In this document: piece after piece, positions 37,846-48,541 of the stretch
Position numbering within the stretch: the stretch's first letter is position 1
How the letters are laid out: every line of letters begins with the position of its first letter
NCBI GenBank assembly: GCA_022821145.1
Contig: JAJEEE010000057.1
Coordinates: 4,213-68,212, forward strand
Direction of reading: 5' to 3'
Origin: Acidobacteriota bacterium
GTDB lineage: Bacteria > Acidobacteriota > Terriglobia > 20CM-2-55-15
Length of the DNA stretch: 64,000 bases
Position numbers and translations under genes: made by a program
The notes under the pieces: model-generated
What the model saw: the letters and a program-made list of their open reading frames with translations, nothing else
Database searches by the model: none
What the model was told of the DNA's origin: nothing

Positions 37846-40338
37846 ATGACGATCGCACGTTGGATCGCGGCATGCGCCGCCCTCGGAGGGTGGGCGCCTC
37901 TGTCCGCGGGCGCCCAGGACACTCTGGACGGCGTGTCCCCCCACGCCGCCCTGTTGGATGCCTACTGCCTCGGTTGCCATTCCACGGAACGGTTCGAACG
38001 GGGCGACGCGCCCATCGCGCTGGACACGCTCGATCCGGCCGATGTCGCGCGCGACGCCGAGGCGTGGGAAACCGTCGTCCGCAAAGTGCGCACGGGACAG
38101 ATGCCGCCTTCCGGAGCGCGGCGTCCGGACGGGACCGCCCGGGACGGCTTCGTCCGATATGTCGAGAGCGCGCTCGATCGGGCCGCGGCCGCCGCACCGG
38201 ACCCGGGCCGGACCGAGGCGCTGCACCGGCTGAACCGGGCCGAGTACCGGAACGCGATCCGCGACCTGCTGGACCTGGACGTCGACCCTTCGGCATGGCT
38301 TCCGTCCGACGACGCGAGTTACGGTTTCGACAATATCGCCGGGGTCCTCGGCATGTCGCCCACCTTGATGGAGCGCTACCTGAACGCGGCCCGGGAGATC
38401 AGCCGGGTGGCCGTGGGAACGCCGCCGTCCTTTCCCGCCATCGACTACTACCGCGTGGCGGACGACCTGTCGCAGGACGCGCACCTCACGGGCCTGTCGT
38501 TGGGCACGCGCGGCGGAGCGAAGATTCGATACACGTTCCCCATGGACGCCGAGTACACCATCCGGGTGGAGCTGACGCGCGACCTGAACGAGTCGCTGCC
38601 CTACTATCCGGAACCCCAGCACCTGGAGATCAGCATCGACGGCGAGCGCGTGCACGTGTTCGCGATCGAGCCCAATCCCGCGCCGCCGCCCGAGCCGGCG
38701 TCCGCCGAGGCCTCGGCCCAGGGGCAGGAGCCGCAGATCAGCCAGGTCGCCCGCCGCGGGCCGCGGCTCACCCGCGAGGAACGCGCGGCGCACAACCGCG
38801 TCGACCGCGAATGGGAAATCCGGATCCCGGTCCAGGCCGGCGCGCGCGACGTGCAGGCCGCGTTCGTCCGGCTGACGTCGGCCGTCGCCGAGACCGCGCG
38901 CCTCCCATTCTTCCGGCCGTACCCGGGAGGCGTCAACATCCCCGAGTCGCGGCTGGGCAACTATCTGCGCGGCGTCGAGATCAGCGGTCCCTACGATCCG
39001 ACCGGCCCGGGCGACACGGCGTCCCGGCGGCGGATCTTCGCGTGCCGTCCGGGCCCCGGCGCCACGCCGGACGAGGAAGCCGCCTGCGCCGGGCGGATCC
39101 TGGGAACGCTGGCGCGGCGCGCCTACCGCCGGCCGGTCACCGGGCGGGACCTGGAACCCCTCCTCGAGTTCTTCCGGCGGGGACGCGCCGAGGGCGGCTT
39201 CGACGACGGGATCGAGCGCGGCCTCGGCCGTCTGCTCGTCAGCCCGGAGTTCCTGTTCCGCGTGACGGCCGACCCGCCGGGGGCCGCGCCGGGCGAGGTG
39301 TACGCCATCGACGACGTCGAGCTGGCGTCGCGGCTGTCGTTCTTCCTCTGGAGCAGCATTCCCGACAACGCGCTCCTGGAGCTGGCCGAAGCCGGCCGCC
39401 TCTCCGAGCCGGACGTACTGGAAGCCGAGGTCCGGCGCATGATCCGGGACGAACGGTTCGACGCGTTCGTCGAGAACTTCGCCGGCCAGTGGCTCTTCCT
39501 GCGCAACCTGGAAGCGACGGTCCCGGTGCAATACCGCTTCCCCGACTTCGACGACGCGCTCCGGCAGGCGTTCCGGCGCGAGACCGAACTGTTCTTCGAG
39601 AGCGTGGCCCGGGAGGACCGGAGCGCACGCGACCTGCTTCGCGCCGACTACACGTTCCTGAACGAGCGGCTGGCCGTCCACTACGGCATTCCCAACGTCA
39701 AGGGAAGCCACTTCCGGCGGGTGACGCTGGACGCTGGCGGGGGCCGCTCCGGCCTGCTGGGCCACGGCAGCGTCCTGACGGTCACCTCCTACCCGGACCG
39801 GACCTCGCCCGTGGTCCGCGGCAAGTGGATCCTGGAGAACCTGTTCGGGTCGCCGCCGCCGGATCCGCCGGCGATGGTCCCGGAGTTGGAACCGTCCGAC
39901 ACGTCGGGAGACGTGCTCTCGATGCGGGAACGGATCGCCCAGCACCGCGCGAATCCGGTGTGCGCAAGCTGCCACGCGACGATGGACCCGCTGGGCCTGG
40001 CGCTGGAGAACTTCGACGCCGTCGGCCGGTGGCGTACGCTCGAAGAATCGGGCGCCGCCATCGACGCGACCGGCGCGCTTCCGGACGGGACACGGTTCGA
40101 AGGCGCCGAGGGACTCCGGCAGGCCCTGCTCTCCTCGGACCTGTTCGTCGTGACGCTGACCGAGAAGATGCTGACCTACGCCCTGGGACGGGGGCTGGAG
40201 TACCATGACGGGCCCGCCGTCCGCGAGATCGTGAGGGACGCCGCCGGCGGCGGCTACCGGATGCAGTCGCTGATCGCGGGCATCGTCCGGAGCGTGCCGT
40301 TCCGGATGCGGACGGCGGGACCGGCAGCCGCGGAATGA
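37846..40338 (+). CDS. Exported DUF1587/1595/1592/1588/1585 (PSD/PSCyt) diheme protein, system 1
   Basis: Signal peptide; CLGCH plus MPP; RLNRAEY, GFDN, LASRLSFFLWSSIPD, TSPVVRGKWIL, CASCH, TYALGR. TATAAT at 37757-62 upstream. Confidence 0.92.
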   Translation: MTIARWIAACAALGGWAPLSAGAQDTLDGVSPHAALLDAYCLGCHSTERFERGDAPIALDTLDPADVARDAEAWETVVRKVRTGQMPPSGARRPDGTARDGFVRYVESALDRAAAAAPDPGRTEALHRLNRAEYRNAIRDLLDLDVDPSAWLPSDDASYGFDNIAGVLGMSPTLMERYLNAAREISRVAVGTPPSFPAIDYYRVADDLSQDAHLTGLSLGTRGGAKIRYTFPMDAEYTIRVELTRDLNESLPYYPEPQHLEISIDGERVHVFAIEPNPAPPPEPASAEASAQGQEPQISQVARRGPRLTREERAAHNRVDREWEIRIPVQAGARDVQAAFVRLTSAVAETARLPFFRPYPGGVNIPESRLGNYLRGVEISGPYDPTGPGDTASRRRIFACRPGPGATPDEEAACAGRILGTLARRAYRRPVTGRDLEPLLEFFRRGRAEGGFDDGIERGLGRLLVSPEFLFRVTADPPGAAPGEVYAIDDVELASRLSFFLWSSIPDNALLELAEAGRLSEPDVLEAEVRRMIRDERFDAFVENFAGQWLFLRNLEATVPVQYRFPDFDDALRQAFRRETELFFESVAREDRSARDLLRADYTFLNERLAVHYGIPNVKGSHFRRVTLDAGGGRSGLLGHGSVLTVTSYPDRTSPVVRGKWILENLFGSPPPDPPAMVPELEPSDTSGDVLSMRERIAQHRANPVCASCHATMDPLGLALENFDAVGRWRTLEESGAAIDATGALPDGTRFEGAEGLRQALLSSDLFVVTLTEKMLTYALGRGLEYHDGPAVREIVRDAAGGGYRMQSLIAGIVRSVPFRMRTAGPAAAE

Positions 40339-40357
40339 AGGAGGCGCGCCTCGAAAC

Positions 40358-41701
40358 ATGTTCATCACGAATAAAACGCTGAACCGCCGCGCGGTGCTCC
40401 GCGGCGCCGGGGCCGCCGTGGCGCTCCCCCTGCTCGACGCCATGGCGCCGGCCTTCGGAGCGGCCCGCCAATCGCCGGACACCGGCGCCCGCCGCATCGG
40501 CTTCGTCTACATGCCGAACGGAGTGTCCAAGAACTTCGCGGGCATCGACTACTGGACACCCGCCGGGGAAGGCGCCGGCTTCGAGCTCTCGCCGATCCTC
40601 GAGCCGCTGGGACCGTTCCGCGAGCGCCTGCACGTCATCAGCGGCCTGGCCCAGCACCAGGCCGACGCGCACGACGACGGCGCCAACGGCGACCATACCC
40701 GGGGAACGAGCAGTTGGCTGACCGGCGTTCACCCCAAGCGCACCGAAGGCGCCGACATCCGCAACGGCACGTCGGCCGACCAGATCGCCGCGGCGCGGCT
40801 CGGGGCCGAAACGCCCCTGCCCTCGATCGAGCTGGCGATCGACCTCAACTTCCTGGCCGGCCAGTGCGAGAACAGCTACAGTTGCGCCTACCTGAACACG
40901 CTGGCGTGGACCTCGCCCACCACGCCGCTGCCGACGGAGAACAACCCGCGCATCGTCTTCGAACGCCTGTTCGGCGACGGCGGCACGCCCGAGCAGCGCG
41001 CCCGGCAGGCGCGCCGGGACGGGAGCCTGCTCGACTCGGTCCTCGAGGACCTCGACCGGCTTGGCCGGAGGCTGGGGCCGGGCGACGCCGGCCGCGTCGG
41101 CGAGTACCTGGACTCCGTGCGGGAGGTGGAGCGCAGAATCGAACGGTCGGGCGGCCGGGCCGACGCCCCGCTGCCGGCCCTGGACCGCCCGCGAGGCATC
41201 CCCGATCAGTTCGGAGACCACGTCCGTCTGATGTACGCCCTCCAGCGGCTCGCCTTTCAGGCCGACCTGACCCGCGTGGTCACCTTCATGCTGGGACGCG
41301 AGCTGAACTTCCGCGTCTACCCGGAGATCGGCATCACCGAGGGGCACCATGGCCTGTCGCACCACGGCGACCGGCCCGAGCAACTCGAGAAGTACTCGCG
41401 ACTGGGCGCCTACCAGGCGACGTTGTTCGGCGAGTTCCTCCAGTCGCTGGACGACACCCCGGAAGGGGACGGGACGCTGCTGGACCACTCCCTGTTCCTC
41501 TACGGCGCCGGGCTGAGCAACCCGAACGTGCACGCCCACTACGACCTGCCGCTGGCCGTCATCGGGGGAACGGGCGCGCTGGAGGGAGGCCGGCACGTCG
41601 TTCTGCGGGAGGAGACGCCCATGACCAACCTGCTGCTCACGATGCTGGACCAGGTGGGCGTGCATGCCGAATTCCTCGGCGACAGCACCGGCCGGTTGTA
41701 G
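40358..41701 (+). CDS. DUF1552 (HXXSHH) Tat-exported protein, system 1
   Basis: LNRRAVLRG twin-arginine motif; CENSYSC, ENNPRIVFERLFG, HHGLSHH. Confidence 0.92.
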   Translation: MFITNKTLNRRAVLRGAGAAVALPLLDAMAPAFGAARQSPDTGARRIGFVYMPNGVSKNFAGIDYWTPAGEGAGFELSPILEPLGPFRERLHVISGLAQHQADAHDDGANGDHTRGTSSWLTGVHPKRTEGADIRNGTSADQIAAARLGAETPLPSIELAIDLNFLAGQCENSYSCAYLNTLAWTSPTTPLPTENNPRIVFERLFGDGGTPEQRARQARRDGSLLDSVLEDLDRLGRRLGPGDAGRVGEYLDSVREVERRIERSGGRADAPLPALDRPRGIPDQFGDHVRLMYALQRLAFQADLTRVVTFMLGRELNFRVYPEIGITEGHHGLSHHGDRPEQLEKYSRLGAYQATLFGEFLQSLDDTPEGDGTLLDHSLFLYGAGLSNPNVHAHYDLPLAVIGGTGALEGGRHVVLREETPMTNLLLTMLDQVGVHAEFLGDSTGRL

Positions 41702-41702
41702 C

Positions 41703-43544
41703 GTGCGCCTTCGGATCGGAGTTCCCGCTCTCCTGTTGCCGATCGCTTTCGGCGCGGCCGCCGCCGCGCGCCAGGTCTCGCTCATCGACGCCGTACGATC
41801 GGCGGACCTCGACGCCGCGCAAGCCCTGCTCCAAGCCGGCGCCGACGCGAACGAGGCCGGCGCCGACCGGACGGCGGCGCTCCACTGGGCCGTCCTGAAC
41901 GACGACCCCGACATGACGGCCGCGCTCCTCGACGCCGGCGCCGATCCGCGGGCGGCGAACCGGCTCGGGGTCACCCCGATCCATCTGGCCGCAACGAACG
42001 GCAACGCCGCGATCGTTCGCCGGCTGCTCGCATCCGGCGTCGACGCGAACACGGCGTCGCCCGGGGGCGAGACCGCGCTGATGACCGCGGCGCGAACCGG
42101 CGTGGTCGAGGTCGTCGACGCGCTGCTGGAGGCTGGCGCCGACCCCAATGCGCGCGAGAGCTGGAGAGGCCAGACGGCGCTGATGTGGGCCGCCGCCGAG
42201 AACAATGCCGGCGCCGTCGAGGCCCTCGTTCGGGGCGGCGCGGCACTGGAAGCGACCTCCGACGGCGGCGAGATGACCCCCTTCCTGTTCGCCGTACGCG
42301 GGGGCCACGTCGACGCCGCGGGCGCGCTGCTCGCATCCGGCGCCGACGTCGACCAGACGCTTCCGGACGGCATGAGCGCGCTGGTCCTGGCGCTGTGGAA
42401 CGCCCACTACGAGATGGCCGGCTTCCTGCTCGACAACGGGGCCGACCCCAACGCCGACCTCCAGGGCTGGACCGCGCTGCACCAGATCGCCTGGTCCCGC
42501 AGGCCCAACGCGGGCTTCAACATGCCCGGCCCTCCCGCGACGGGCGACCTGGACAGCCTGGAACTGGTCCGCAGACTCGTTGACGCCGGCGCCGACGTCG
42601 ACCGCCGGGTGAGCGCGGAACCGCGGGACGGAAACCGGAACATGCTGAACCGGATCGGCTCCACGCCCTTCCTGATGGCGGCCAAGTCGGACGACGTCCC
42701 GCTGATGCGCGTCCTCCTGGAGATGGGCGCCGATCCGTCGATTCCCAACGAGGACGGCACGACGGCCTTGATGGTGGCGGCCGGAGTCGGGATCTGGGCG
42801 CCGGGCGAGAATCCCGGCACGCACAAGGAAGCGCTCGCCGCCGTGAGGCTCGCGCTGGAAGCCGGCGGCGGGCAGGTGACCGACATCGACGCCAACGGCG
42901 AGACCGCCGTGCACGGGGCGGTCTACCGCGGGGGCGCCGTCGACGTCATCCAGTTCCTCGCGGAGCGGGGCGCGCCGCTCGACGTCGTCAACGACAAGGG
43001 CTGGACGCCGCTGACCGCCGCCGAGGGCGTGGAGTACACGCCCGCCGTCCTGAAGCGGTACCCGGAAGCGGCAGCTCTGCTGCGCCGCCTGATGCGCGAT
43101 CGCGGCCTGGACGTGCCCGAGCCGGGCCCCGCCCTCAGCGTCGCCGTGACCAACCTGGAAGGCGCCCCGCCCCGCACCGACCGCGACGGCGTCTTCACCG
43201 GGGAGCAGGCCGCGCGGGGACTCCGTGTCTACGAACAGTCATGCGGGTCGTGCCACTACGCCAACCTCCGCGGGGACGCCGACGCCCCGCCGCTGGCCGG
43301 ACCGGAATTCGTCGAGCGATGGGCGGGCTCGAACGCGGGCAACATGGTCCGCGTCGTCAGCAACCAGATGCCGCCCGACGCGCCCAACAGCCTCGGCCGG
43401 CAGGCCTACGTCGACGTGGTCGCGTACCTGCTGGAAGCGAACGGCCGCCCGGCCGGGGACGAGGAGATGTCCCCCAACCCGCTGGTCCTGGAACGCATCG
43501 GGCTGACGGGGCCGGCCTCCGACGAACGACCATCGGACGACTGA
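41703..43544 (+). CDS. Exported ankyrin-repeat protein fused to a C-terminal cytochrome c domain
   Basis: Many G-x-T-A/P-L-x-x-A ankyrin repeats; C-terminal CGSCH...QMPP; GTG start inferred. Confidence 0.88.
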   Translation: MRLRIGVPALLLPIAFGAAAAARQVSLIDAVRSADLDAAQALLQAGADANEAGADRTAALHWAVLNDDPDMTAALLDAGADPRAANRLGVTPIHLAATNGNAAIVRRLLASGVDANTASPGGETALMTAARTGVVEVVDALLEAGADPNARESWRGQTALMWAAAENNAGAVEALVRGGAALEATSDGGEMTPFLFAVRGGHVDAAGALLASGADVDQTLPDGMSALVLALWNAHYEMAGFLLDNGADPNADLQGWTALHQIAWSRRPNAGFNMPGPPATGDLDSLELVRRLVDAGADVDRRVSAEPRDGNRNMLNRIGSTPFLMAAKSDDVPLMRVLLEMGADPSIPNEDGTTALMVAAGVGIWAPGENPGTHKEALAAVRLALEAGGGQVTDIDANGETAVHGAVYRGGAVDVIQFLAERGAPLDVVNDKGWTPLTAAEGVEYTPAVLKRYPEAAALLRRLMRDRGLDVPEPGPALSVAVTNLEGAPPRTDRDGVFTGEQAARGLRVYEQSCGSCHYANLRGDADAPPLAGPEFVERWAGSNAGNMVRVVSNQMPPDAPNSLGRQAYVDVVAYLLEANGRPAGDEEMSPNPLVLERIGLTGPASDERPSDD

Positions 43545-43623
43545 CGTCAGCCGAAGTGTCCATCGCGGCGGTTCGGCATCGGGCCCCGCCACTTTCGTCG
43601 CGGCGGTGTCCGTTCGCCGTCCG

Positions 43624-43935
43624 TCAAGCCGTGTCCGAATCGAGCACCGCTTCGGCGCGCAGTTTCAGCCCCAACGCGGCCACCACCCTCAGAACCGTGT
43701 CCAGTGTCGGTTTGCGGTCTCCCGACAGCGCCTTGTACAAGCTCTCACGGGAGAGGCCGGCGTCGGCCGCGACCCGCGACATGCCTTGGGCGCGGGCAAT
43801 GTCCCCCAACGCCTTGGCGATGAACGCGGCGTCGCCATCGGCTTCCTCGATGGACGCCTCCAGATATGCCGCCATGTCCTCCGGCGTGCGCAGGTGCTCG
43901 GCGACATCGTAGGGTGAAGTGGGTGTTCTGGTCAT
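43624..43935 (-). CDS. Addiction-module antidote protein (HTH, HI1420-like)
   Basis: YDVAEHL, ALGDIARAQGMSRVA, GLSRESLYKALS. Confidence 0.92.
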   Translation of the reverse strand: MTRTPTSPYDVAEHLRTPEDMAAYLEASIEEADGDAAFIAKALGDIARAQGMSRVAADAGLSRESLYKALSGDRKPTLDTVLRVVAALGLKLRAEAVLDSDTA

Positions 43936-44235
43936 GGCGTTCACCTGAAGGTCTCTTGCGAGGCGCAAGGCTCGCTTGACGTCCCGACTCCGGGTCCGCT
44001 TGTCCCCGCCGGCCAACAGAACAACCAGCGCATCGCCGGTCTTCTTGAAATACACCCTATAGCCGGGTCCAGAGTCGATCCGCTATTCGGAAACACCCTC
44101 GCCCACGGCCCTGACATCTCCCGGATTGCCGGCCGCAAGACGCTCGATCCGAACCAGGACGCGTGCGCGTGCCCGCGGATCCCGCAGACTGTCGAGCCAG
44201 TTCGCGTATGGCTCCGTCTTGCGAACGTCGAGCAC
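43936..44235 (-). pseudogene. RelE/ParE-like addiction-module killer protein (HI1419-like) with an internal amber stop
   Basis: GTG start reads VLDVRKT...GNPGDVRAVGEGVSE*RIDSGPGYRVYF...LLAGGDK. In-frame TAG at 44085-44083; no terminal stop before the antidote ATG. Confidence 0.85.
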
Positions 44236-44241
44236 ACGAAG

Positions 44242-44270
44242 AATGTAGCCTCGAGGCTACAGCCTGTCAA
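44242..44270 (-). promoter_or_regulatory. Toxin-antitoxin promoter with a perfect 18-bp operator palindrome
   Basis: TTGACA-N17-TACATT; TGTAGCCTCGAGGCTACA at 44244-44261; GTG start 6 nt after the -10. Confidence 0.8.
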
Positions 44271-44576
44271 CCCAGGCCCGCGCACAGTTGGCGGTTGCGG
44301 CGATGCAACAACGCGCGAGGGAAACCGGGGCCGGATGTTGGCGTCGTTCGAATACGCCGAAACCGCGCCGGTACTCCGAATCGGTTCGTCAGTCCCAGGT
44401 TCCGGCGGCACAAGCGTTTCCACGAATTCCGTCCACGCCATGCCGAAGGCAGTCTTGACGGATCCGTTGTATTCCTCGAACTTGACGGCGAACCCGGACT
44501 GACCGTACCGTCGACAGAAGTGTTCGGACGCCGAAATCGGCGTCGTCGTGTTCTTGGCGCGAACCGCGCCCCCGCG

Positions 44577-46415
44577 TCACCCGTGCTCGCGGATCACCGC
44601 CAGGAACGTCTCCGCGTAGCGCTCCAGCTTCGACGCGCCCACGCCCGAGATGTCCGCGAAATCCTCCTTCGACGCGGGCCGGCGCTCGGCCATCTCGGCG
44701 AGCGATCGGTCGTTGAACACGACGTAGGCGGGAACGTCCTGCGCCTGGGCGAGTTCCAGCCGCTTGGCGCGCAACGCGTCGAACAATCCCCGGGCCTCGG
44801 ACGACACGGTCTTCGGCGTCGGCCGCTCCGACGCCGCCTTCCGCCGGCGTGCGGCCCGGGGCGCCTCGGGGCGGAGGCGGACCGGCGTCTCGCCCCGCAG
44901 GACCGGGGCGACGCGATCCGTCGGTCCCAGCCGCAACACGCTGTGGTGCTCCAGGTCGACGCGGATCATGCCCAGCGCCACGAGCTGCCGGACGATGCCC
45001 AGCCACTGCCGCTCCTCGAGATGGCCGCCGCGTCCGAAGACGTTCAGCCGGTCGTGCCCGAAACGCCGGGCCTTTTCTGTCGACGCGCCCCGAACGACGT
45101 CGACGATGTGCCGGCTGCCGAAGGACTCCCGGCAGCGGTGGATCGCCGACAGGATCATCCGCGCCTCCTCGGTCCGGTCCATGAGTTCGACCGGCTCCAG
45201 GCACGTGTCGCAGTTGCCGCACGGATCGATGGTTTCGCCGAAGTACTCGAGCATGACCTGGCGGCGGCAGCGCGCCGTCTCGCAATAGCCCAGCAGGGCC
45301 TCCAGCTTCTTGACCTCGATGCGCCGGACGGCGTCCGGTGCCGTCGACGCGTCCATCAGCCCGCGGAGCAGCGCCAGGTCCTGCAGCCCGTAGAGCATGA
45401 GGGCGTCGGCCGCCAGACCGTCGCGTCCGGCCCGGCCCGTCTCCTGGTAGTACGCCTCGAAAGACTTGGGCATGTCGATGTGCGCGACGAAACGCACGTC
45501 CGGCTTGTCGATGCCCATGCCGAACGCGATGGTGGCCGCCATCACGACGCCCTCCTCCATCAGGAACCGCTCGTGATGGGCCGACCGGGTCCGGGCGTCG
45601 AGCCCGGCGTGATACGGCAGGGCGCGAATCCCCTCCTTCTCCAGGAACGCGGCCGTCGCTTCCACGGTCTTCCGGCTCATGGCATAGACGATGCCCGCGT
45701 CGCCGTCGTGCTCGCTGCGGATGAATTCGAGCAGTTGACGCCTGGGATTGTCCTTCACCCGCACCCGGTACCGGATGTTGGGACGGTTGAAGCTGGCGAC
45801 GAACACGCGGGCGCCGCGCAGGTCGAGCTGGGCGGCGATGTCGCGCCGGGTCACCTCGTCGGCGGTGGCGGTCAGCGCGATGCGGGGCACGGACGGGAAC
45901 CGTTCGGCCAGGATGGACAGCTCCCGGTATTCCGGACGGAAGTCGTGCCCCCACTGGCTGACGCAATGGGCCTCGTCGATCGCGAACAGGGCGATCGGCA
46001 CGGCGGCGAGCCGGTCCAGCAGCGTGTCGCCCAGGAGCCGTTCCGGCGAGACGTACAGGATGTCCAACGCGCCCCGGTCGATCGCGCGGAGCGCGTCCCG
46101 CGCCTGGACCGCGCTCAGGTGCGATGTCAGCGCCACGGCGTGGACGCCCGCCTGGACGAGCTGGGCCACCTGGTCCTCCATCAGCGCGATCAGGGGGGAC
46201 ACGACCACGCCCATGCCCTCGCGGCACAGGGCCGGCACCTGGAAGCAGATGGACTTGCCGCCCCCGGTCGGCATCAGGACCAGGGCGTCGCCCGACGCCG
46301 TCACGTGGTCGACGATCTCCTCCTGCAGTCCCAGGAACTCGGAATGCCCGAAGACCCGGGACAGCACGTCGCGGGGAGTGGCGCCGGGCGCGTGGGCGGA
46401 CGTATCGGTGGGCAT
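44577..46415 (-). CDS. recQ: ATP-dependent DNA helicase RecQ
   Basis: [54 protein letters not shown] cysteines, HRDC domain. Confidence 0.96.
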   Translation of the reverse strand: MPTDTSAHAPGATPRDVLSRVFGHSEFLGLQEEIVDHVTASGDALVLMPTGGGKSICFQVPALCREGMGVVVSPLIALMEDQVAQLVQAGVHAVALTSHLSAVQARDALRAIDRGALDILYVSPERLLGDTLLDRLAAVPIALFAIDEAHCVSQWGHDFRPEYRELSILAERFPSVPRIALTATADEVTRRDIAAQLDLRGARVFVASFNRPNIRYRVRVKDNPRRQLLEFIRSEHDGDAGIVYAMSRKTVEATAAFLEKEGIRALPYHAGLDARTRSAHHERFLMEEGVVMAATIAFGMGIDKPDVRFVAHIDMPKSFEAYYQETGRAGRDGLAADALMLYGLQDLALLRGLMDASTAPDAVRRIEVKKLEALLGYCETARCRRQVMLEYFGETIDPCGNCDTCLEPVELMDRTEEARMILSAIHRCRESFGSRHIVDVVRGASTEKARRFGHDRLNVFGRGGHLEERQWLGIVRQLVALGMIRVDLEHHSVLRLGPTDRVAPVLRGETPVRLRPEAPRAARRRKAASERPTPKTVSSEARGLFDALRAKRLELAQAQDVPAYVVFNDRSLAEMAERRPASKEDFADISGVGASKLERYAETFLAVIREHG

Positions 46416-46487
46416 GCGTTTGGGTGTCTCGCGAGGGCCTCGCGGGGTATAGTAGCGCGAATCGACAACGGTCGTGGAGGTCCCGTC

Positions 46488-47504
46488 ATGAAGAAGTCCC
46501 GTTTGTTGGCCGTCTTGTCCTGGCCGCTTTTCGCCGGCGCAGCCTTCGCCCAGGGAACCCTGGACCGCGTCACCGTCTTCGGCCCGTCGCTGGAGGGGAA
46601 CCTCATGGGCGCGCCCGACGCGCCGGAGGTGTCGATCTACCTGCCCGAGAGTTACGCGGGCGAGCCCGACCGCCGCTACCCGGTCGTCTACGTCCTGCAC
46701 GGGTACACCGGTACCGACCAGGGCTGGTTCGGACCCGAAGGGCGGCGGCAGACCGAGCTCATCGCCGACCGCGTGTTCGCCGCGGGCGGAGCGGACGAGA
46801 TGATCCTGGTCATGCCGAACTGCTACAACGCGTACGGCGGGTGCATGTACGCGAACTCGGCCACCACCGGGTATTGGGAGGACTACATCGCCGACGACCT
46901 GGTCGCCTACATCGACGGCCGCTACCGGACGCTGCCGGAACGGGAGTCGCGCGGCCTGGCCGGACACTCGATGGGCGGATACGGCGTGATGCGGATCGGG
47001 ATGAACCGGCCGGACGTGTTCTCGGCGCTGTACGCGATGAGCTCCTGCTGCCTGAACGAAATGACCCCGCGCGGCGGGGAGCGCGCGTTGGCGATGGAGC
47101 GGATCGGGACGCCCGCCGAGCTGGCGGAAAACCGCGGCGCGCTGCGCACGTTCGCCGTGACGGCCGCGTGGGCGCCCAACCCGGACAAGCCGCCGTTCTA
47201 TTTCGATCTGCCGACGAAGGACGGCGAGGTCATTCCCGAGGTCGCGGCCCGGTTCGCGGTCAACTCACCGATGGCGATGCTCGACTCCCACGCCGGCGCG
47301 TTGAGGAAGATGACCGCGATCGTGATGGACGTCGGCGAGCAGGACGGGTTGATCGGGTCGAACCGGGAACTCAGCGCGGCGATGACGCGGTTCGGCGTCG
47401 ACCACGCGTTCGAGACCTACGAGGGCGACCACTCCAACAGAATCTCGGAACGTTTCGAACTCGAGGTGCTGCCCTTCTTCTCCCGGCATCTGGCGTTCCG
47501 GTAG
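46488..47504 (+). CDS. Exported esterase (alpha/beta hydrolase)
   Basis: Signal peptide; YVLHG, GHSMGG nucleophile elbow, DVGEQD, YEGDH. Confidence 0.88.
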   Translation: MKKSRLLAVLSWPLFAGAAFAQGTLDRVTVFGPSLEGNLMGAPDAPEVSIYLPESYAGEPDRRYPVVYVLHGYTGTDQGWFGPEGRRQTELIADRVFAAGGADEMILVMPNCYNAYGGCMYANSATTGYWEDYIADDLVAYIDGRYRTLPERESRGLAGHSMGGYGVMRIGMNRPDVFSALYAMSSCCLNEMTPRGGERALAMERIGTPAELAENRGALRTFAVTAAWAPNPDKPPFYFDLPTKDGEVIPEVAARFAVNSPMAMLDSHAGALRKMTAIVMDVGEQDGLIGSNRELSAAMTRFGVDHAFETYEGDHSNRISERFELEVLPFFSRHLAFR

Positions 47505-47521
47505 AGCGGCGCCGGGCGCGT

Positions 47522-48533
<1,012 letters not shown>

Positions 48534-48541
<8 letters not shown>

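Noticed and set aside
37802-37849. 15-codon uORF overlapping the DUF1592 start (ATGA)
   Set aside because: No RBS or regulatory codon bias; likely chance.
44083-44085. Pyrrolysine or recoded TAG
   Set aside because: The position corresponds to Leu (one substitution from TTG); no pyl genes; TAG terminates other genes in this window normally.
44163-46967. Long N-terminal extensions on the esterase (from 44163) and RecQ (from 46967) ORFs
   Set aside because: Each extension is antisense to the other gene; plausible starts are at 46488 (with RBS) and 46415.
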